A DNA stretch of 64,000 nt, taken from the IMG/VR virus record IMGVR_UViG_3300029983_000007, positions 186,001-250,000 of that record. One strand, 5' to 3'. Below are positions 30,062-40,701 of this stretch, piece by piece. The translations under genes and the position numbers were made by a program. Within the stretch, counting starts at the first letter, position 1, and each line of letters starts with the position of its first letter. The notes beneath the pieces were generated by a model, which did not search any database, was not told the DNA's origin, and saw only the letters and a list, made by a program, of their open reading frames with translations.

Positions 30062-30935
30062 TTATATGTTGTATTTTTTTGTTGTTTTATATATTTCTAT
30101 TCCACCAACCTGATAAATACAATTTAATAAATAAGAAATACTATCTACATCACCAATGAATCCTGGATTTGAATCGTCATCAAGATTATTTATTGGAAAT
30201 CCTTCAATAAATAATGATTCATCTAATCCTCCTGATTGCGCACCACTATTCCAAATTGTATATCTTACACCAAATATTTTAACTAATGCATAAGCACCTT
30301 GATATAAATCATGCACCCTGATATCATCAATTTTTAATATGTTATCATTGTATAATTGAGATATTATTTCAGTTAAACTCTCTTGTAAATAATAAATCAA
30401 TGTTGATTCTTCACTGTCATCGTCAGGATTGTCTTTAACATATTTCCAATTAATATGTCTGTTCAATTCACCTGATTCATATATTTTTAAGTGTTTCATA
30501 TTTTTATATGTTAAATTTTTTTGAAGAAAGATATATTTCTATACCACCAGATTTATAAATATCATTTAATAAATCTGATATTTCTTCAACATCTCCTTTA
30601 TAGCCAGGTATTTCATCTTCATCCATATTATTTATAGGAAATTTTCCAATGTATAAATAATCTAATGAATATATTTCACTTATTCTATAGTTTTTGTTAA
30701 ATATTCTAACTATAGCATAAGCGCCTTGAGATAAATCAAATCCTCTGATATTTATTATTTCTACTATATTATCATTATCTAATAAAGATACAACTTCTTC
30801 TATTTTATTTTGTAAATCTTTAATTAAACTAGCTTCATCACTATCATCATCAGGATTGTTTTTGACATAATTCCAATCAATATCTTTACTCCATTCACCA
30901 GTTTCATAGATTTTATATGATTTTATGTGTTTCAT
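30062..30935 (-). CDS. tandem paralog pair with FE/KFN tags (30062-30499, 30504-30935)
   Basis: Shared W.YVK.NPDDDS.E..LI..LQ...QGAYA...FPINN...GGIEIY..KK(Y/F)NI. Confidence 0.8.
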
Positions 30936-30965
30936 TAAAATATTTTTTATTTATATATAAAAAAA

Positions 30966-30997
30966 CTTGCACAATAAAAAAATTTATATTATCTTTG
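30966..30997 (+). promoter_or_regulatory. Bacteroidota-type promoter upstream of the small ORF and tRNA cluster
   Basis: CTTG, 20 nt, TATCTTTG. Confidence 0.65.
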
Positions 30998-31116
30998 TAT
31001 TGGTTTTTAATGTCTATTACTTGTTGTGAAACAAATGACGTTTAATTTTAATTTCATAATTAAAAAAACTCTCACTGATGAAAATTCAGTGAGAGTTTTG
31101 AAAAATTAAAAATATA

Positions 31117-31320
31117 ATGAAAGAGTTGATAGATGATAGTTTAGTTCCAGGTAGAGGATATTATTATTTACTAGATTGGAATGAATCTGATAGATGGGAA
31201 ACAATGTTCAGACTATTCGAAAAAACCAGACTGTGTGATTTAGAATTACATGAATACATACAGTTGCTTGAAATTGCAACAAAAAAAGATTTAGAAGCAT
31301 TAAAAATAGAAAAAACTTAA
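31117..31320 (+). CDS. small hypothetical protein
   Basis: 67 aa ORF with A-rich upstream region. Confidence 0.5.
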   Translation: MKELIDDSLVPGRGYYYLLDWNESDRWETMFRLFEKTRLCDLELHEYIQLLEIATKKDLEALKIEKT

Positions 31321-31513
31321 TAAAATTATATTACTATATACATTACAATAAAAAATTAAAATTCTTATGAATAACAATATCTCAAATATGATTCAGCAAC
31401 AACAACAAACTTACGTTTGATTGGGTTAGCATCATGTTTGTTTTTCACCCAATCCTGAAATGGTTTGGGTTTTTTTGTGCCCAACTTTTTAAGTTGGGTT
31501 TTTTGTTAAATAC

Positions 31514-31584
31514 TGCTCTATGTTGTAATGATAGCAATCAGGAATTTGGATCCTGCAGATTAGGTTTGAGTCCTAATAGAGCAA
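31514..31584 (+). tRNA. trnQ: tRNA-Gln(UUG), atypical
   Basis: Acceptor TGCTCTA/TAGAGCA, anticodon arm CAGGA-ATTTGGA-TCCTG, T arm TTAGG-TTTGAGT-CCTAA; A19/U56 compensatory pair; no encoded CCA. Confidence 0.8.
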
Positions 31585-31598
31585 CAACACAATGTCAC

Positions 31599-31683
31599 TG
31601 CCTTGTGATGGAATTGGTTAAACATGTCAGTCTTTGAAACTGATGCTCATATGAGCTTGTGGGTTCGAATCCCACTAAGGCGA
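31599..31683 (+). tRNA. class II-like (long variable arm) tRNA with Gln anticodon UUG
   Basis: Acceptor TGCCTTG/TAAGGCG, D loop AATTGGTTAAA, anticodon arm TCAGT-CTTTGAA-ACTGA, variable hairpin GCTC-ATAT-GAGC, T arm GTGGG-TTCGAAT-CCCAC. Confidence 0.85.
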
Positions 31684-31693
31684 CAAATTATAT

Positions 31694-31766
31694 TGTTCAT
31701 TAGCGCAATTGGTAGAGCGTCAGATTCTGGATCTGAAGGTTGAAAGTCCGAATCTTTCATGAATAA
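31694..31766 (+). tRNA. trnQ: tRNA-Gln(CUG)
   Basis: Acceptor TGTTCAT/ATGAATA, D arm GCGC-AATTGGTA-GAGC, anticodon arm TCAGA-TTCTGGA-TCTGA, T arm GAAAG-TCCGAAT-CTTTC. Confidence 0.8.
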
Positions 31767-31775
31767 CAAATACAT

Positions 31776-31847
31776 TCTCATATTGTATAACGGCTATTAC
31801 ATTTGTTTTTGGAACAAATAATCTAGGTTCAACTCCTAGTGTGAGAA
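31776..31847 (+). tRNA. trnQ: tRNA-Gln(UUG)
   Basis: Acceptor TCTCATA/TGTGAGA, anticodon arm TTTGT-TTTTGGA-ACAAA, T arm CTAGG-TTCAACT-CCTAG. Confidence 0.8.
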
Positions 31848-31885
31848 CAAAAAACTCTGAAATTTAAATTTCAGAGTTTTTTTTA
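31848..31885. terminator. bidirectional terminator after the tRNA cluster
   Basis: AAAAACTCTGAAATTT/AAATTTCAGAGTTTTT inverted repeat. Confidence 0.75.
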
Positions 31886-32142
31886 TAATCATTGTACTTT
31901 TTTAAGAATTCCTCATCATTTGATTTATTAAATTTCATTTGATATTGTAATATTTGACCTAATTCTATTCCAGATAATTCACCTGAATCAAAGCCAAGTT
32001 CTTTTATTATTTGAAATATTGTTTTGTTTTTCATATCTTCTTTACTTGTTGTTCTGAATTTGAATTCTAATTCCATTGCTAATTTTTTAATTTTTTCAGG
32101 AATATCATATTCAAAAAATTCATAAACTTTAATATGCTTCAT
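31864..32142 (-). CDS. small protein with N-terminal FE tag
   Basis: MKHIKVYEFFE; TTTTTTTATATATA upstream. Confidence 0.6.
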   Translation of the reverse strand: MKHIKVYEFFEYDIPEKIKKLAMELEFKFRTTSKEDMKNKTIFQIIKELGFDSGELSGIELGQILQYQMKFNKSNDEEFLKKYNDYKKNSEI

Positions 32143-32251
32143 ATGTTATTTTTTATGATATATATAAAAAAAATAAGTGCTATAATTTGTGTTTAGATCT
32201 TCACAGACATATTCACATAGCACTTATTACCAATAATCATTTATGACGACA

Positions 32252-35200
32252 TTAAATTTTTATGTTGTATATTTCAAGTATAGTTTTTATGTCAAGTTTG
32301 AGAAATTCCTCAAAATCTTTTTCTATGACATCATATTTTTTGCATTTAGTTGTTAAAGATTTATATATGTTTGTAACTATTTTATCTGAATTTTGAGTTT
32401 TGTTGATATCAGATAATGATTTTGATAATCCTTCTAAGAAGATAACAAGTTTTTCTTTTTCTGAATATTGTGTAAATTTTCTAATATTTCCAGTTTCAAT
32501 TTGAATTCCATTAATATTATCTAATTTTAATTTTCTTTGCTCACTTATAGAAATCTCATCAAATTGATATGAATACATATTTTTATTTATTCCTCTTAAT
32601 TTTAGATAGTGATAATCAAATGTATATCCTCTTTGACGTTTCTTAAATTGCAATTCTACATAATAAATTGCTCCTTCTTTTGTTTGAATTGAGCTACTGC
32701 GATTACATCTAACATATTGTCCAGTATAGTCTATATTATCAGTATCTAATGTTTTTGATTTTACTATGAAAGTATCATGTACATACAAATAATCACCATT
32801 TTCTAATTTAAAATTAATAGCTGAATAATATGTTAAGCCTTTTATTAAAACTCGTTTTTCTTTATTTGTACTTGCTCCAGTATCATATAATTCAATAGCA
32901 TAATATTCTCCACCTTTTATTAATTTTATTGAACTTTTTGGGTATACACAAATAACTTTCAATGGTGATTTTAATATTGTAGTGTGGTCCATTTATTATT
33001 TTTATTTATGTTTTAATCCAAATGTTATACCTATCTGCATTCCAGATAAATATGATTTTATCATTTCATTTGTATTATTACCTTGAGTAGAATATCTAAG
33101 ATCATTGTCAATTAATACTATTCCAGTATTACCTGTAATTATTACATTTATTGACGGTATTATATTTTTGATATCACGTATCATGAATTCAATATCTATA
33201 TTTAGTAGCATAATTTTTAGAATATGATATTATATATGTTTGTTAATAATAATATATCTGGAATTTTGTAAAATAACAAATTTATTATTATTATAGTTAA
33301 AATTGGAATTGAAAAAAATGAGTCAAAAAATATAAATGCTTTTATAAAAATTTTATTTTTTATGTATTTGAATACAATAGTTTTTATAAATGACATACAT
33401 ATTAACACTAAAAATAAATTTGAATTTATTGTAAATAAGCCAATAAGTGTTAATAATGTATAGATAATATCTATTAGTGTCATTTTAGAAAAAAATAATA
33501 ATATATTAGAATTCAGTTTTTTAGTAATATTTTTACCATAATAAACTGATATCATATTAATTCTATAAAACATTTTAAATTTTATACTTTTGTGAATTTC
33601 AAATGAAAGACACATTCCTATCAGCAATATAAATATTAAATTAATCATAAATTTTTTCCTCTATATGGTTCAATACTTGGTCCTGTACTAAATCCCCGTT
33701 CTAATATTGTACCCATGTACTTGTATTCTTCATTTTTGCTCATGTCGTTGAAATCTTTTTCTGATGCGCACCATACTAAGGTGTCTCCGTATAAAAATAG
33801 ATAGTAATTCATATTATTTATTTATTAATTAATTTGTTAATTTATTAATTTTTTGCTTTCTTATATCCTTTATATCATCTAATATGACTTCAACTGAGTC
33901 ATCCATTGATGATTTTGAAATAGATGAGTCAACAGTGTAATTACTTTTGTCCTTTTGAGCTTTCCAAAATTCATGTCTTATGACTTGTATGATATCATAC
34001 GCTTCTCTGCATGTTTCATCAACTTGTTTACTGTGAATACCAAAATATGCACTATAAAAAGTACTATCACCAGTAATTAAATATTTTATTTCACTTAATC
34101 TAGTTTTTATTTCTCTTGTTCTATCATGAAGTTTTGCCCAATCTGGAGATAATTTCAAATTTTTGACATCTTTCCATTTTTTTACTTCATTACCATTACC
34201 CCAACTACCTTCTGTTTTTATATAACTTTTACCAATCTCTACAATTTTTCCTCTCATTGTTTCATCACCAACTTCAAGTTGTTTTTTATCTGTAAATTGT
34301 TCAGTTATAGAATTATCAATTGTTGGATGATTTAAAACTTCATCTAATTGAAGCATTCCAATTCTCGAATATAAATCAAGAGATTTTTGAATTAATCTTA
34401 GTTGTTTGTTTGATAATTTTATGATTGCCATTAGTTATTTGATGTATACTAAGTATGTAATTGTTTTGTCTTTGTAAGGTGAGACTTGAAAACGAAATCT
34501 ACTGTCATCGTTTTTATCTTTCTCTGTGATGTACATATAATGTTCAGAGTTCATGTTAGTCCAATCATCAAATTGTTCTTTTGTATCAAATTCTGGTTCC
34601 ATGCCACCATGAAATTCATCAGAAATAGCTTCTTTAATAGCAATAAAACAATCATCAGGAATAGGATTTGACTTATCAACGCCTGATTTGTCTAATATAG
34701 TACCGATAACTCCTACCATTTGATTAAAGTAAAGATATTTACATTTTGATAATTCATCTAGTGCAATAGCACTAACTTTTTGATAACTTACTTTCATGAT
34801 TTTAATAATTTATGAATAATGAATAAACTGTTTTATTTCCTATTTCTTCTTTATAATCTTCTATGAATTTTTCAACCCAATATTGAAAAGTTGTAACATC
34901 TTTTTCTCCTAATTCAATTAATGGATAAGCTATTGGAGTTTCAAACATATCTGAATGTCTATAATCTTTTTCCATGTCACAAACGTCATCCCAATCCCAT
35001 CCAGAATTTTGAGATACATAGTCTATTAATATAGAGTTATCAATGCATAAATCAAATTCAAAATTTATTTTCATGATACTAAATATTTATTATTGTAAAT
35101 AGTTTCAATATCAATACATTTTATTTTTATAAATGATTTAATTCTATCTATTCTTCCTGATGAAACTTCTGTTTGGTTAGATATGTTAAATAGAATATAA

Positions 35201-35794
35201 GATTTATCAAATCCCATAACAACAAGTCTTAAGTCATATTTTTTTTGTTCATATATAACAGACTCTTTCAATTCTTTTAGTAGAATTGTTTTTTGATCTG
35301 ACAAATCAATTACTTGTTGTATTTTATCTTCTGTTTTCATAATGCAAAGATATACATAATTTTTGACACAAAAAAAAGTTAACCAAAAATTAATAACTTT
35401 TTAAGATTATTTAATAGTTCGGTAAAAATGATGAAAAATAATGAAATCATTCATAGTTTATTTTTTATTTATTTATAGAATTGTAATAATTCCAAAATAA
35501 TTTATTATCACGTGATAATATAGACATATGTTCTTCCCATGAATAATGTTCCTCTTCAGATTTTTCAAATTTTGTTTCAATATATCGTTCTAGATTATTT
35601 GATGCTGATTTATAAAATTTATCAAAATATTTACATTTTTCTTTATCTGTAAATTCAGATAATTCTTTGATTGCAGATTTTTTTTCACCTAATTTTTCTT
35701 TTAAATCTAATTGTTCAAGTTCTTTTGTCTTTGATTCAATTTCTTTGATTAGTTTTTCTCTTGTATTTTCTGCGTCTGTTTTAATTTTTTTCAT
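32252..35794 (-). CDS. run of co-oriented hypothetical genes (32252-32992, 33002-33211, 33217-33648 membrane protein, 33829-34431, 34435-34797, 34802-35074, 35071-35340, 35465-35794)
   Basis: Closely packed ORFs with A-rich starts; 33217-33648 has four hydrophobic segments; 33829-34431 ends DIRKQKINKL. Confidence 0.7.
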
Positions 35795-35803
35795 ATTTAT
35801 TTT

Positions 35804-36580
35804 TTAAAATGGATAATCATTTTTAATATCAGATTTATAATATTTTTCATATTCATCATCAGTCCATATTTTATAATTATAGTTAGGTTTTAATTCTAAT
35901 GATAATATTTTCATCATTCTTTCAATTTTAATTTTTTTATTATTAATTAAATTGGTTATTCGTATATAATAAGATGGTTCTAAATTAGTCCAGCCTCTTT
36001 TAGTTAACTTATTCTCTCTGAAATTTGTTCTCTCTATATTGTATAATGTTGCCCAGTTATTAACTTGAAATGTTTTTGATAAACATTGAATTATAGCATC
36101 TTTACAAGATTCTTTAAGTAATATTATATCATAACATTTTTCAATAAAAACACCACAGCAGGACAAATCAACATTTTTAATTAGAGAATAATATGCATTT
36201 TTATAAAGTTTATATGCATCAAGTTTCCTTACGTCTCCAAATGATGGTCTGATTATTTGAATAATTTTATTGTTTTTATTTATTAATGTCCAAGGATCTT
36301 GAATAATTGATATTCCTTTATACATATTTAATGTATCTATATCATACAAATCTATAATTTTATAATCTTTACAATTAATTAAAAATGTTCTTAGTATTTC
36401 TGCAGATTTAGGCATACAAAGAATATCCACATCGTGAATATCAAGTCCTGCTATACTATCTCTAACCGCTCCTCCATATATGGTGATACAATCTGATTGA
36501 TTAAATAATTCCTTTATATCGAATTCAATATATTCTGTAATTTTTTTTGTAATATTATTTGTAATTTCTTCTAATTTCAT
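35804..36580 (-). CDS. Pol-beta-family nucleotidyltransferase (CCA-adding/poly(A) polymerase head-like)
   Basis: YGGAVRD..AG..IHDVDI motif; later DLSC.G equivalent to DFTIN. Confidence 0.7.
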   Translation of the reverse strand: MKLEEITNNITKKITEYIEFDIKELFNQSDCITIYGGAVRDSIAGLDIHDVDILCMPKSAEILRTFLINCKDYKIIDLYDIDTLNMYKGISIIQDPWTLINKNNKIIQIIRPSFGDVRKLDAYKLYKNAYYSLIKNVDLSCCGVFIEKCYDIILLKESCKDAIIQCLSKTFQVNNWATLYNIERTNFRENKLTKRGWTNLEPSYYIRITNLINNKKIKIERMMKILSLELKPNYNYKIWTDDEYEKYYKSDIKNDYPF

Positions 36581-36583
36581 ATT

Positions 36584-37135
36584 TTAATAATAACCATTGT
36601 TCCATTTAAATATATTTTTTGAATTAAAGTCAACAATAGGATTTGAATCAATTTTATAAGATTCTATAACTAAGTCAACAAAAAAATCATCATCTATATT
36701 TTCTGCTATTGTTTTTGCGAATTTTTTATTTGAATCATCAATATCTTTCAAACTGCAACTGATACAATTATCTATAGCTTCATCATATTCAGAAATTATC
36801 ATTCCTGTGCAAGCATATGGAATTTTATATCTTCTGAAAAACTGATCAGCATAACACCATATTCCTACACACTGTTTATCTCTAATAAATTGAACCATAC
36901 TTGAATCTATGATAAGACTTTTTTTATCAGCAGATAATAGCCCGTTAGAACAGCCATGACCCATCATAATAATTCTATCATGAGATTTTATTAATCTCTT
37001 GAGTTTAGATTTTGATGGTAATGATCTAATAACTGTCCAATCTTTATTTTTATAAATTTCAGATAATGAATCAGTTGTTCTATCTATTGGATGAATGACC
37101 AAAGTTTTCATGTTCTTCATATAAACTTTCTCCAT
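36584..37135 (-). CDS. alpha/beta protein, possible clan CD (caspase/CHAT-like) peptidase fold
   Basis: RIIMMGHG followed about 35 aa later by VGIWC. Confidence 0.35.
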   Translation of the reverse strand: MEKVYMKNMKTLVIHPIDRTTDSLSEIYKNKDWTVIRSLPSKSKLKRLIKSHDRIIMMGHGCSNGLLSADKKSLIIDSSMVQFIRDKQCVGIWCYADQFFRRYKIPYACTGMIISEYDEAIDNCISCSLKDIDDSNKKFAKTIAENIDDDFFVDLVIESYKIDSNPIVDFNSKNIFKWNNGYY

Positions 37136-37395
37136 GAGTGATTGATTTTAATATTGTGATAAATATAATATCTAATAATATACCTGATAAAAAGCCTAGT
37201 AATGCACCAGTATATGACCAAAAAAATGATCCTATTAAACAAAATATGATAGGATATCCAATGATAACAGAGATTGTAATTATTGCTTTCTTTTTCATGA
37301 TTTTTTATTTGATGATTAGAGTATTATATTTTAGACAAAGATACAATAATATTTTTGAATAAAAAAACTATAGTATAAAAATTATATATAATGAT

Positions 37396-38578
37396 ATGAA
37401 AATTTTAAAATTTTATGAAAGTTTAACAGATGACGTAAAAATAGGAGATTATGCATTGATGAAAATTGCTGTTTATAATAGTTTTGTGACTAGCGATAAG
37501 ATATACTATAAATATATAAATACAACAATTGGTAAGATATGTAACATACGTAAATATAATGGAATTAATATTTCATATGAAAATGTTCCTTATGAAATTA
37601 AAGGTTATTTTTGTAACAATTCTGATGGTTTATATGAAAGAAATTTTAGTAATGATGAACTATTCGAATATGGTAAAACAATAGAGGAATTACAACTGAA
37701 ATTACAAACAAAAAAATTTAATATATGAAATATTTGAAATATTATGAAAGTTTAACAGATAATTTAAATGTTGGTGATTATGTATTGATTAAAATTAACA
37801 TATCTAAATATAATCAAAAACAAATAGAAACAGAAAATTTTATAAATAGTACTATTGGCAAAATATATAGTATTGATAATAGATACATAAATACTGATAT
37901 TCGTGTATTATATGACGATGTACCTGAAAGTATCAAAAGTTATTTTAATATTAAAAATGGTTTATGTATAAGAAGTTTTGATATTGATAGAATAGTTGAT
38001 CATAGTAAAACAATAGAAGAATTAAAAATGAAAATAGAAACAAATAAATTTAATATATGAAATATTTAAAAAATTTTGAAGGAAGAGAATCTGATTATAG
38101 TAAAAAGGATAAATATCAATATTTAGAAATAGAAGAAGAAAAAATGATTAGTGATTTTATCACTGATTATATAAAAAACTTGAATATTTTAGATAAAATT
38201 GATAAATTAACATTATCTGAATTAGAATCAGATAGATTTGAATATAGAACAATATTCAATAATCTTATTGGAATAAACAACTCATATACTGAGCCTAATA
38301 GTTTTTATAGAAATATAGACAATTTTATTAAAGAACATAAAATTGAATCATCTATTACTACTAACCGTAATACTGTGTTTAAAATTGAAGATAAAATGTA
38401 TAAATACTACAAACCTGAATTTATTAAAAAAGTAGACAATAGAATAATTGAATTTGTGTCTAATATAACAGATTTAGCTAAATTTAAAAAATATTATGAG
38501 AAATATTCAAACAATTTTAGTTCTAAGGTAAAAGGAGCTTTTGATTTTATGTTTAACGCTGATAAATTCAATTTGTGA
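37396..38578 (+). CDS. three FE/KFN-tagged proteins (37396-37728, 37725-38060, 38057-38578)
   Basis: MKILKFYE..TKKFNI; MKYLKYYE..TNKFNI; MKYLKNFE..ADKFNL; ATGA overlaps; the first two share the GDY-hydrophobic..IGKI..Y.NVP.E core. Confidence 0.8.
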
Positions 38579-38622
38579 AAATTTATATATAGTTTATAAA
38601 ATAAAAATAAAAATAAAAAATT

Positions 38623-39135
38623 ATGAAAAAAATTAAATATTTCGAATCATTTGTATCAGAAAATATTGTATCAGAAAATATTGTATCAGAAAATGTTAAA
38701 GATAAAGTAAATGAAGATGTTGAAGATAAAGTAAATGAAAATATATGGGCTGAGTTATTTTCTAATGTATCATCATTGAGTTCAATTGAACAAGTTTATT
38801 ATTGGCTAGGTATTTCAATTGATGCTGTTGCTGTAGGTTTAATAGGAAAAAATATTGCATCAGTAGCTACTAGTGGTGTAGTTGAATTGTTGAAAAATAA
38901 CAAATTAGGTGAACGTGGTAAGGAGTTTGCTGAAATGATTACAAGACTAGGACAAAAAGGCGCTTCATTATTTAAAAGAAAAGATGTTGATGAAGAAGTT
39001 GTGGAAGAAGTTAATATTGAATTAGCACATTACAACGATATTATAGACAGATTAAAACAAGGTGAATTGGGAATAGAAGGTGTTAATCTTGCTAAAAAAG
39101 TAGAAAATGCACAAGAAGCTGCTGAAGAAGTATAA
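38623..39135 (+). CDS. acidic protein with N-terminal FE tag and VSENI repeats
   Basis: MKKIKYFESFVSENIVSENIVSENV. Confidence 0.65.
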   Translation: MKKIKYFESFVSENIVSENIVSENVKDKVNEDVEDKVNENIWAELFSNVSSLSSIEQVYYWLGISIDAVAVGLIGKNIASVATSGVVELLKNNKLGERGKEFAEMITRLGQKGASLFKRKDVDEEVVEEVNIELAHYNDIIDRLKQGELGIEGVNLAKKVENAQEAAEEV

Positions 39136-39536
39136 TAAAATATTATTTAATAACATGAAAAAAGTCATTCTTATATTTAAGAATGACTTTTTAATTTTTT
39201 TTGCTTTTTTGGCTTATCTATTATATTTTATATTTTATATTTTATCTATTATATTTTATATGTTATTATCTCGGTGGTGAGTTACAACTATTTTTCATAT
39301 TATCTATCTTTATTATTATATCTATTTTTGATTTATCTATTTTATATATTTTATATGTTAGTTTATTGGCGGTGAATTACAACTTTTTTCCATATTAAAC
39401 AATTTTGTTAGAGTGAATATATTTAGTTTTAATTACAGTACAAAGATACTTAGTTTTTTTGATATATGAAAATTATATTATAATTATAATAATAATTTAG
39501 TATCTTTTAATATAAATATATTATTTATGACACTAA

Positions 39537-40560
39537 TCAATTATTATCATTTTTTTTATATTTATCAGGATTACGTTTTTTATCATTAATAATGAAAGAT
39601 GATATTTTATATACTTCTGATATAATATTTTTATTACCTGGTAATTTTAAATATTTAATCTTTACTTTATTATCTGGATTTAAAATCTCATCTTCAATTA
39701 ATTCCATTGCAATTGATAAACAAAAAATATGAAGATCTCTAATATCTTCATTTTCTTTTTCATATTTACAAGCATAATCATAACTTATTGGCTCAGAAAC
39801 ATCAATATTATTAATCTTGTTGAGTTTACATTTTCTGATTAATTTGTTAGATGAACTTATTTTATTAATAGTTACTTTCATATTCTGTTGAGTTTAATTC
39901 TCCAATTTTCAACATCCTGATTAACAAATTTGAATCTTTAAATGAGTGTGTAGAATATCTAACTCTTTTGTTAATAAATGTTTTGTTAGATGTAAAATAA
40001 GATATACCAGAGCAACTAACATTAATTTTACTACCACATTTTTTATTCATTGAGAATACACCAGGTGTTTTTATATAATTAATTTCTGGTTTTGATAAAA
40101 TACATTTTTTATATAATGTATAGTTTTCACTCCTGAATTTTTGCTGCCATACAATATAAATTTCATCTTCATTAAAATTTATATTATCTAAAAAAGATTC
40201 TAGTTCTGTGCTAGATGTAATGATCAAATCAAATCCTTTTTCAGTTTGATTAACCATTTTGAAGATGTCTTTATCTTTTTGATTGATTGTTATAAATTTT
40301 TTCATTATTATATGTTTTAAAATTTAATGCAAAGATAATACATTTTTTTAAATACACAAAATAATAATATATTTTTATTTGGATAATATTGGAGTGTTCA
40401 ATAAAGCATATGATAGTGTAATGACAAATAATATAGTTATAATTATCAATCCAGATATTTTATATGCTGCTGATTTATTACCAAGTTTAATGTTGAATAA
40501 AACTAAAATCATCATTATTACTAAATATAGAATGTTTGTTATAAATATAAATGAATTCAT
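39537..40560 (-). CDS. three small hypothetical genes (39537-39881, 39865-40305, 40375-40560 membrane protein)
   Basis: ORF track; minus-strand promoter TTTG-N19-TATCTTTG at 40330-40360 precedes 40305. Confidence 0.6.
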
Positions 40561-40701
40561 TTATTATCAATTGTTTTTTATTTGTATTTTATTTATTATT
40601 AAAAGTTTATATATTATTTAAAATATGTATATTTAAATAAAAAAATAATTAATGAAACAAAGGTGTTCAAATCGTCTATATTAAAGAAAAAATAATATTA
40701 A

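Noticed and set aside
31434-31637. 67-aa ORF in the track
   Set aside because: Overlaps the terminator-like hairpin and two well-formed tRNA genes.
37990-38080. KFN[IL] tail as a mere by-product of the A-rich Bacteroidota translation-initiation region of the overlapping next gene
   Set aside because: Considered seriously, but the tail persists with synonymous changes in genes with no overlapping downstream start (38578, 20843, 43429, 30504); it may still contribute at overlapping junctions.
39201-39398. 65-aa hydrophobic ORF
   Set aside because: Low-complexity product of TATTT/TATCT micro-repeats with a TTG start; more likely non-coding.
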